The position numbers were made by a program, and so were the translations under genes. The notes beneath the pieces were generated by a model. It was not told where the DNA came from, made no database searches, and saw only the letters and a list, made by a program, of their open reading frames with translations. A stretch of 64,000 nucleotides of DNA. It comes from Myxococcales bacterium (GTDB lineage: Bacteria; Myxococcota_A; Polyangia; Polyangiales; Polyangiaceae). How positions within the stretch are numbered: the first letter of the stretch is position 1; each line of letters begins with the position of its first letter. This document shows positions 56,977 to 64,000 of this stretch, piece by piece. The stretch spans positions 96,001-160,000 of the forward strand of contig JAYTOU010000017.1 of NCBI GenBank assembly GCA_043747615.1, in the 5' to 3' direction.

Positions 56977-57744
56977 TCAAAAGACGGATCCATAGGCGCA
57001 GCGAGCTCCCACTGTGTTTTCCCTCGTTTTTGGGTCGATTTCTCGGCTTGACCAGGTGCGGAGCTCGGTTGCCAGCTCCGTCTTCCACGATCCGCCACGG
57101 ACGACGCCGAGGGCATTCACGGGTGCGGTCGGCTCAGGAGCTACCCACTCGGAGACGTTGCCTGCAAGGTCATGGATACCTAAAGGGGTGTCGCCGGCGG
57201 GATGGGCTCCCACAGTGTCGGGCCCGGTTCCTTTGCGCGAGCACGGCCCGGAGGCGAGACCCCATGCGGCGCGTCGACACACGGCTCCGGTGTCTCCCCA
57301 GGGATAGCGACGTGCACCTGCGCCGGCGGCCGCGGCAATCCATTCGTCTTCGGTCGGGAGCCGGCCACCACGCGACGCGCAAAGAGCGGCCGCTTCGTCG
57401 CGCGTGATTCCGCTCGCCGCTCGGGTGGGATCGTCGGGACGCGTAGCCTCGAAGGCGTCGATGCTGAAGGGCTTCACGTGGAGCGTCCGCGCCTTCACCT
57501 TCCCCTCCGCCTCCCAGTCCGACGGGCCGATCGTGACCTCTGTCTCCGGCACTTGCACGCGCGTATTCGGAACGTCGTAAGGGCCATTCGGCAGGCACCG
57601 CGCGAGCGAAAGGGTAAAGCCCTCGCCGCACTGTGCGTCGTCAGCGCGCGCGTGTGTGAGGATGAGCCCAAGGACGATGAGCAGGACCAGGCCCCCGGTG
57701 GAAGACCACACCCACCACGCGCGACCGAGCTCCAAGCGACTCAC
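56977..57744 (-). CDS. FGE-sulfatase domain protein
   Basis: [34 protein letters not shown] start overlaps the upstream stop. Confidence 0.85.
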   Translation of the reverse strand: MSRLELGRAWWVWSSTGGLVLLIVLGLILTHARADDAQCGEGFTLSLARCLPNGPYDVPNTRVQVPETEVTIGPSDWEAEGKVKARTLHVKPFSIDAFEATRPDDPTRAASGITRDEAAALCASRGGRLPTEDEWIAAAAGAGARRYPWGDTGAVCRRAAWGLASGPCSRKGTGPDTVGAHPAGDTPLGIHDLAGNVSEWVAPEPTAPVNALGVVRGGSWKTELATELRTWSSREIDPKTRENTVGARCAYGSVF

Positions 57745-58502
57745 GCGCGAACGGAAGAGCGCAACGTGCCTACGCCCTCGATCTCGATCTCGAAGACGTC
57801 CCCGGGGGCAAGCGGACCGACGCCTTCCGGCGTTCCGGTCACCAGCAAGTCTCCTGGCTCGAGGGTCATCATGCGGCTGGCGTACGCGATGAGATCGGCC
57901 ACCGGGAAGATCATCTGAGCGGTAGATCCATCTTGTTTCGTAGCTCCGTTCACGCGCGCGGACACCCGCACCGCCCGCGGGTCGAGCGACGTTTCGATCC
58001 ACGGTCCCACCGGGCAGAAGGTGTCGAAGCCTTTCGCGCGGGACCATTGACCGTCTTTTTTTTGAAGGTCGCGCGCGGTGATGTCGCCGACGCAGGTGTA
58101 GCCGAAGACGAAGGAGAGAGCCTCTTCGCGAGAGACGTTCCTGCACTTGCGGCCGATCACCACGCCGAGCTCCGCTTCATGCTCGACGCGCGCACTCTCC
58201 TTGGGGAGGACGATGGCCTCACCGTGGCCAATGAGCGCCGACGGGGGCTTCAAGAAGAGGAGCGGCTCGCTCGGAACGTCGTGTCCGAGCTCCTTTGCGT
58301 GCGCGGCGTAGTTGCGACCGATGCACAAAATTTTCGACGGAGTCACCGGACAGCGGAGCTGACTTTCGGTCCAAGCGACGACGTTTTCGACGGCGGGGAC
58401 ACCGCCCAGCCAGGGGGGCGCAGACAGGAGGGTCGCTGATCCCTCGCGAAGCTCTGCGAAGGACGCGTGTTCTGGGGTAATTGAAAGCAGGCCGATTCGC
58501 AC
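57741..58502 (-). CDS. Fumarylacetoacetate hydrolase family protein
   Basis: [50 protein letters not shown]. Confidence 0.93.
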   Translation of the reverse strand: MRIGLLSITPEHASFAELREGSATLLSAPPWLGGVPAVENVVAWTESQLRCPVTPSKILCIGRNYAAHAKELGHDVPSEPLLFLKPPSALIGHGEAIVLPKESARVEHEAELGVVIGRKCRNVSREEALSFVFGYTCVGDITARDLQKKDGQWSRAKGFDTFCPVGPWIETSLDPRAVRVSARVNGATKQDGSTAQMIFPVADLIAYASRMMTLEPGDLLVTGTPEGVGPLAPGDVFEIEIEGVGTLRSSVRA

Positions 58503-58567
58503 GGGTGGAAAGATACCATCGCCGTTCGGCGCGAACGACCCTAGCGAGCCATTTACGCGGAGATACC

Positions 58568-59746
58568 TTGACGACGAAACCCACCACGACCGAACCGGTT
58601 CAGAGCGTTTCCAAGCCGAAATCACGCCGGTTTTTCCCGCTGATCCTCCTCGTCCTGATTGGCATCGGGTACCTCGGATACAACACCTACAAAGCGAGTC
58701 GGCCTTACGAGTGGAGCGGGACCGTCGAGGCGCGCACCATCGCCGTGGGCTCGCGCACGGGCGGGCGCGTGAAAGACGTGCTCGTCCACGAAGGAGATCG
58801 CGTGAAGGCTGGGCAACCGCTGATCGTCTTCGAAACTGGGGACAACGAAGCGATAAAGCTCGCCGCTCAGGGGCAATTCGATCAGGCGCAAGCGAACCTC
58901 GAGAAGCTTGAGAAGGGCGCGCGTCCCGAGGAAATCGAGCAGGCGAGGGCCCGCGCATCGACGCTGGGAGCGGCGCTCGCGCAGACGAAGGTCGGACCAC
59001 GAAGCGAACAGATCGCTGGAGCACGCGCGCGCTTGGCCGCGGCCCAAGTCGCGGCGGACAAGGCCCAGATCGACGCGGGACGAGCGCGAAAGCTGTTCGA
59101 GTCGCAGGCCATTTCCCAAGCGGAGGTCGACAACACGGACTCCGCGCTCAAGGGCGCGACCGCCCAGCGCGATGCTCTGAAGCAGTCCCTGAACGAGCTC
59201 GAAAACGGCGCGAGCCCGGAGGAATTGCAACAAGCGCAAGCGCGGGCGGCCGAGGCGAATGCAAGCGCGCGTCTGGTGCAGGCAGGCTCGCGTGTCGAGG
59301 ACATCAAGGCCGCGCGAGGGATGGTGGAAGCCGCGCAGGGCAAGCTCGATCAAGGCAAGGTGATGCTCGACGAGCTAACGGTGAGAGCACCGCGCGACGC
59401 CCGCGTGGAGTCGCTCGACCTTCGCCCCGGGGATCTCGTTCCGCCGAGCGCGCCCGCGGCGACGCTTCTGGAAGAAGACCAGCTCTACGTGCGAATTTAC
59501 GTGCCGGAGACGCACATTGGTCAGATCCATCTGGGCCAAGAGATTCCGGTCAGCGTCGACTCGTTCAAGAACCGCTCATTCAAAGGAGTGGTCGAGCACA
59601 TCAACAGCATCGGCGAGTACTCTCCGCGCAACTTGCAGACGGCAGACGAGCGCGCCGATCAAGTCTTCGCCGCTCGCATCGGTCTTCGCGAGGGGAAGGA
59701 GGAGCTCCGCGCGGGCATGGCCGCCTTCATCACGGTGCCAAAGTGA
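58568..59746 (+). CDS. HlyD-family efflux periplasmic adaptor
   Basis: TM, SGTVEA...GRV..V.V.EGD.V..GQ.L, long coiled coil, EYSPRN.QT. The TTG start is inferred. Confidence 0.9.
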   Translation: MTTKPTTTEPVQSVSKPKSRRFFPLILLVLIGIGYLGYNTYKASRPYEWSGTVEARTIAVGSRTGGRVKDVLVHEGDRVKAGQPLIVFETGDNEAIKLAAQGQFDQAQANLEKLEKGARPEEIEQARARASTLGAALAQTKVGPRSEQIAGARARLAAAQVAADKAQIDAGRARKLFESQAISQAEVDNTDSALKGATAQRDALKQSLNELENGASPEELQQAQARAAEANASARLVQAGSRVEDIKAARGMVEAAQGKLDQGKVMLDELTVRAPRDARVESLDLRPGDLVPPSAPAATLLEEDQLYVRIYVPETHIGQIHLGQEIPVSVDSFKNRSFKGVVEHINSIGEYSPRNLQTADERADQVFAARIGLREGKEELRAGMAAFITVPK

Positions 59747-60741
59747 CGTCGGACGGAGCTCCGCGCTCGGACCACGCAGACGTGGCGATCTCCTGCCAGA
59801 ACGTATCGCGCAAGTTTGGCGATTTCATCGCGCTCGATCGCGTGGATCTGGTCGTGCAAAAGGGCACGATTTACGGGCTCCTCGGGCCCAACGGCTCCGG
59901 CAAATCCACGCTCATTCGCATTCTGTGCGGCCTCCTCGCGCCGAACGGTGGGCAGGCGCTGGTCATGGGGCTCGACGTCGCCAAGAGCGGCGAAGAGATC
60001 CGAAAGCGCATCGGCTACATGAGCCAGAAGTTCGCGCTCTACGAGGATCTCACCGTCCGCGAGAATTTGGATTTCTACGCGCGGGTGTACGGGTTGTCGG
60101 GGGCGCGACTGAAGGCGCGGATCTCTGCGGCCGTCGAGCTCACGCACATCGGGCCATACCTCGATCGCCGCGCGGGCCAGCTCTCCGGTGGTTGGAAGCA
60201 GCGCCTCGCTCTGGGTAGCGCGTTGATGCACGAGCCACAGGTCATCTTCCTCGACGAGCCGACCGCTGGCATCGACCCCGTCGCCAGGCGTGAACTCTGG
60301 GATCTTCTCTTCAAGCTCGCCGCCGAAGGAATCACGCTGCTCGTCACGACCCACTACATGGATGAAGCCGAGCGCTGTGGAGAGGTCGGCTACCTCTACC
60401 TCTCGAAGATGATCGTGAGCGGTACGCCGGACGAGCTCAAAGCGCTCCCGGCGGTCAATAGACCTGGCTTTAGGCGCATCGAGCTGGAGACCCGCAGGAC
60501 GGCGGCGGCTCTCGCGTGGCTGCAGAAGCAAAGCTTTTGCCAGAGCGCGACGATCTTCGGACAAAGCGTCCACGCCGTGGTGAACGTGAGCGACGAAGAA
60601 GTCCTCGAGCGCCTGCGGGCGCAGAGCTTCACGCACGTAGAGGTCCGCGACATCATGCCGTCACTCGAAGACGTCTTCGTCGCACTGACGCAGGACGAGT
60701 CTGCGCGGCGGGCGTCTCCGCGCGCCGAGGTCGCACCGTGA
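59743..60741 (+). CDS. ABC transporter ATP-binding protein
   Basis: [37 protein letters not shown]. Confidence 0.94.
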   Translation: MTSDGAPRSDHADVAISCQNVSRKFGDFIALDRVDLVVQKGTIYGLLGPNGSGKSTLIRILCGLLAPNGGQALVMGLDVAKSGEEIRKRIGYMSQKFALYEDLTVRENLDFYARVYGLSGARLKARISAAVELTHIGPYLDRRAGQLSGGWKQRLALGSALMHEPQVIFLDEPTAGIDPVARRELWDLLFKLAAEGITLLVTTHYMDEAERCGEVGYLYLSKMIVSGTPDELKALPAVNRPGFRRIELETRRTAAALAWLQKQSFCQSATIFGQSVHAVVNVSDEEVLERLRAQSFTHVEVRDIMPSLEDVFVALTQDESARRASPRAEVAP

Positions 60742-61856
60742 ACGCCGTCTGGAGCTCGTTCCTCGCGATCTACCGAAAAGAATTTCTCCACGTCTTTCGC
60801 GACAAGGCGACGCTCATCGCCGCGTTGAGCATCCCGATTTTTCAGTTGATCCTCTTCGGCTTCATCGACACGAGCGTGCGTGATCTGCCCACGGTGGTCG
60901 TCGATCAAGACAACACCATGTGGAGTCGCGAGCTTTTGGATCAGCTCCGCGCCACGCGCACGTTCCGGATCGCCCGCATCACACCCAACCCCCACGAAGC
61001 GCGTGAAGAGATCACCGCGGGGCGCGCGCGGGTGGGCATCGTCATCCCGCCCGACTACCACGACAAGCGGTCGCGCTCGCTCCCCGCGAAGGTCCTCGTG
61101 CTCATCGATGGATCCGACTCGACGGTGAGCGCGCAGGCCCTCGCGGCGGTAAACGGGCTTGCCGCGCAGGTGACCCTCCAGGAAATCACGAAGGAGGTCG
61201 CGAGGCCGCAGATGCCGCTCTCGGTGCAACCGATCATTCTGTTCAACCCCGAGGGGCGCACCGCGAACTTCATCATCCCGGGCCTCATCGCGATCTTGCT
61301 CCAGCTGATCGCGATCGTGTTCACGTCGCTCTCGATCGTTCGGGAGCGTGAGCGAGGGACGCTCGAGCAGCTCCTGGTGACCCCCATTCACCCGCTCGGC
61401 TTGATGCTCGGCAAGCTCGTGCCGTACCTCGTGATCGGTCTCGGAGAGACGGCGGTGGTCCTTTTCGCGATGCGCTTTGGGTTCGACGTTCCCATCCGCG
61501 GCAGCCTCGTTTTCCTCTTTGCAATGGCCACGATCTACCTCTTTTCTCTCCTCGCGATCGGGCTCTTCATTTCTACCGCGGCGCAGACCCAGGCCGAGGC
61601 AATGCAGCGCGGTCAGATGCTCCTTTTGCCTTCGATTTTCTTGAGCGGATATATTTTCCCGAGCGCGGGGCTCCCCCTGCCGCTCTATGCGATTGGTCGA
61701 TTTCTTCCGGCCACCCACATGATGGAAATCATGCGCGGGGTGGTTCTTCGCGATGCGGGTCCGCTCGAGCTCCTGCCGAACGTGCTCGCCCTCGTCGCCA
61801 TGTCCGTCGTGCTCGTCGCACTGAGCGCGCGGCGTTTCAAGAAGGTTGCCCTATGA
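60738..61856 (+). CDS. ABC-2 type transporter permease (YbhS/YbhR-like)
   Basis: KEF....[24 protein letters not shown]; 6 TMs. Confidence 0.92.
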   Translation: MNAVWSSFLAIYRKEFLHVFRDKATLIAALSIPIFQLILFGFIDTSVRDLPTVVVDQDNTMWSRELLDQLRATRTFRIARITPNPHEAREEITAGRARVGIVIPPDYHDKRSRSLPAKVLVLIDGSDSTVSAQALAAVNGLAAQVTLQEITKEVARPQMPLSVQPIILFNPEGRTANFIIPGLIAILLQLIAIVFTSLSIVRERERGTLEQLLVTPIHPLGLMLGKLVPYLVIGLGETAVVLFAMRFGFDVPIRGSLVFLFAMATIYLFSLLAIGLFISTAAQTQAEAMQRGQMLLLPSIFLSGYIFPSAGLPLPLYAIGRFLPATHMMEIMRGVVLRDAGPLELLPNVLALVAMSVVLVALSARRFKKVAL

Positions 61857-62704
61857 GTCGGATCCGCCTCGCGTTCTCTCCGGACAGCGACGACATCTTC
61901 ATGTTTTGGGCGCTTTTGTCCGGCAAAATCGAAACGGAGGGGCTCTCTTTCGTTGCCGAGCGCGCCGACACCGAGACGCTCAACGCGCGCGCCGCCAAGG
62001 CCGACGTCGACGTCCTCGCCATTTCCATCGCGCGGTACGCCTCGGTCTCCGGCGACTACCTGCTCTTGCCACACGGAGCCTCGATCGGGCGCGGCTATGG
62101 TCCGGTGGTCGTTGCTCGCACGCCGATGACGCTCCGGGAGCTCGAGGGGAAACGGATTGGCGTGCCGGGCCTTCAGACGACGGCGTACCTCACGCTTCGC
62201 GTTCTCTTTCCGCGCTTCGAAGCGGTGACCATTCCGATCTCACCGTACGCGCGAACCTTCGAGGCGCTCCGCAGCGGCGAAGTGGACGCCGCGCTCGTCA
62301 TTCACGAAGGCAGGCTCACCTTCGAAAGAGAGGGCATGCACAAGGTGGTCGACATCGGTGAGGACTGGACCAAGCTGACCGGTCTCCCCCTCCCCCTTGG
62401 TGGAAACGCCATTCGCCGCGGGCTGGGCGAAGCGCGGATCGCCCAGATTTCTCGGCTCTGCAGAGAGTCGATCTCCTGGGCGCTCGCTCATCGCGAGGAG
62501 GTGATGACCGCGCTCATCGCCGAGGAGTCGCGCCCCGCGCTGGCCATCGATCGCGCGCTCCTCGATCGCTACCTCGCGATGTACGCGAACGAGGACACGC
62601 TCGACATGAAGGCCGACGTGAAGGAAGCGATTGTGGAGTTGTTCCGGCGCGGCGCTCTAGCGGGCCTTGTCCCGAGCGGCGCTACGCCGGAGTTCTCGCC
62701 CTGA
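61853..62704 (+). CDS. mqnD: 1,4-dihydroxy-6-naphthoate synthase (futalosine menaquinone pathway)
   Basis: SPDSDD.FMF.AL, ETLN, G.GYGP, PG..TTA.L, IHEG.LT, GLPLPLG. Confidence 0.82.
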   Translation: MSRIRLAFSPDSDDIFMFWALLSGKIETEGLSFVAERADTETLNARAAKADVDVLAISIARYASVSGDYLLLPHGASIGRGYGPVVVARTPMTLRELEGKRIGVPGLQTTAYLTLRVLFPRFEAVTIPISPYARTFEALRSGEVDAALVIHEGRLTFEREGMHKVVDIGEDWTKLTGLPLPLGGNAIRRGLGEARIAQISRLCRESISWALAHREEVMTALIAEESRPALAIDRALLDRYLAMYANEDTLDMKADVKEAIVELFRRGALAGLVPSGATPEFSP

Positions 62705-62710
62705 AATTTC

Positions 62711-63202
62711 TCAGCTGCCGTCGCGTCGGCGGATGCCGCCGTCGTTACCGCCCGCCATGATGACTGGCTCTGCGGCGGGCGTGCACGTGAGGCACTCGTC
62801 CACACCGTCGATCCTGACGCACGCGACGAGGCTGCCGCCTACGTCCGTCCATCTGCCGACGACGGAGCTCGGGGGCAAGCCCTTCGCTTTTGGGCCCGAC
62901 ACGATCGACCCGCCGCACGCGAGAAAGACGCCGTTGTCCGGGTGGTCGTCGTGAGGGCACGTGGGGGAGTTGGATGAGAACGTCACTCCGCCGCTGACGT
63001 CCTTCCCTTGGATCGCGCCCGTGCACTGATAGAAGCCCCGGCACGGAGCGCAGCCTCCGGGATCACCCGAGCCGACGGCGCCTTCCGGTCCGCGCGCCGC
63101 GGGATCGGTGCTTGGCCCCGACGAGATGCCCGAACCGGGGCCACCGCTGCAAGCCGCAACGATCGCCCCGAAGCACGCCGCCATCGCGAGTTTTTGAAAC
63201 AT
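62711..63202 (-). CDS. Cys-rich hypothetical lipoprotein
   Basis: Lipobox VAAC; TGATG overlap with the upstream gene. Confidence 0.68.
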   Translation of the reverse strand: MFQKLAMAACFGAIVAACSGGPGSGISSGPSTDPAARGPEGAVGSGDPGGCAPCRGFYQCTGAIQGKDVSGGVTFSSNSPTCPHDDHPDNGVFLACGGSIVSGPKAKGLPPSSVVGRWTDVGGSLVACVRIDGVDECLTCTPAAEPVIMAGGNDGGIRRRDGS

Positions 63203-63999
63203 CAGAAATAGTAGAACGCGGAGATGTTGTTGACAAACAGCGCCCACGGATCTGCGTTCACACTGGTGGTGAAGGTGTTCGTGTTGTCCGAGAAGCTCGC
63301 CGTTCCGGCTGCCGTATTGGTCGACGCCTTGAAGCCTTCGTGTCGGAAGTACGCGCCGACGCTCGCCTGAAGCGAGAGCTGCGGAACGCCGATGAAGCCG
63401 AAATAGACCTCCGCGCCAACGCGGGCGCCGAGATCGAGACGGAAGCCGCTGAGATCGATGTCGGGGACGCCGGGCGCGCCCTTGATCGTGCCGGACGTGA
63501 AGCCGGCCGTCGCTTCGGGGACGACGGTGAACGTGTAGTGCTTGCCGCTGGCGAACGCGAGAGGCACGCCGCCGTGAAGGGCGAGGCCAAGACGACTCGG
63601 TTTGTCGGTCGTGGTGTCCGCGCCGGGTGCGACGGCTTCGTTGGAGCCGCTGGTGAGCCCGAAGCCGATGCCGGCATCGATGCCGATCATCTTCGACATC
63701 CAGTAGCGAACGCCGATGATCGGCGCGTTGACGTTTTCACGCCCCACTCCGCCTCCGCCGCCCGCACCACCGGGAAAGCCAGCGGCGATGGGGAGCTGTG
63801 AGATCCCGAAGTAGCCGACGCCGAAGTGACCGACGAGCGCATCGTGATCGGTCCCCGTCGACTCAGGCTCGGGCGCGGGCTTTTTTTCCGTCGCGGCGGG
63901 CGTCGTCGCGGCGGGCGGCGTCGTGGCCGGGAGCGGAGGCGGGGGCGGCGGAGCGACGACCGTCGTGTCCTGAGCCTGCGCCCGACCGGTGATCGCCAG
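63202..63999 (-). CDS. Outer-membrane beta-barrel protein, 5' end beyond the window
   Basis: Frame is open to the window edge (..RAQAQDTTVVAPPPPPP..); amphipathic strands; C-terminal AFYYF. Confidence 0.75.
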   Translation of the reverse strand: MAITGRAQAQDTTVVAPPPPPPLPATTPPAATTPAATEKKPAPEPESTGTDHDALVGHFGVGYFGISQLPIAAGFPGGAGGGGGVGRENVNAPIIGVRYWMSKMIGIDAGIGFGLTSGSNEAVAPGADTTTDKPSRLGLALHGGVPLAFASGKHYTFTVVPEATAGFTSGTIKGAPGVPDIDLSGFRLDLGARVGAEVYFGFIGVPQLSLQASVGAYFRHEGFKASTNTAAGTASFSDNTNTFTTSVNADPWALFVNNISAFYYF

Positions 64000-64000
64000 C

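Noticed and set aside
1..64000. Many long antisense or alternate-frame ORFs (e.g. 120..1508-, 13121..15175-, 19931..21511-, 51086..52582-, 55591..57051+)
   Set aside because: They overlap well-supported genes, have Arg/Ala-rich or shadow-frame composition typical of high-GC DNA, and show no motifs.

Overview
A GC-rich, densely coding chromosomal segment. The gene content points to a myxobacterium of the Polyangiaceae/Sorangiineae type (inferred from CdnL, eukaryote-like Ser/Thr kinases, FHA, AgmX/PglI-type and FGE-sulfatase proteins, OmpA-TSP3 proteins and many Cys-rich lipoproteins). About 60 CDSs are supported. Housekeeping or recognisable genes include aspS, gshB, ggt, rpe, cdnL, ccmE, cinA, thpR, mqnD, a Ppx/GppA phosphatase, an agmatinase/GS-like/Fe-ADH polyamine module, two-component and sigma54/ECF regulators, and an ABC efflux operon. 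I saw no rRNA, tRNA, CRISPR array, transposase or integrase. The best candidates for undescribed biology are: (1) a Cys-rich lipoprotein ending in an intact-looking Hint (intein-like) domain with only a 6-residue tail, co-transcribed with a catalytically degenerate ABC-type ATPase; (2) two tandem mini-lipoproteins behind a sigma54 promoter that share the invariant mature N-terminus C-SLNPQPIPPG, divergent from a NosL/Cys-motif membrane protein/ABC-ATPase operon that lacks nosZ; (3) two highly structured intergenic elements (the cdnL leader and a ~120-nt branched inverted repeat at 54.1-54.3 kb); (4) a SigR/SigH-like sigma factor with an exact GGAAT-N18-GTT promoter next to glutathione genes; (5) pervasive -10 boxes 6-9 nt before start codons, suggesting leaderless and bidirectional transcription. 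All family assignments come from motif recognition by eye; no database searches were run.
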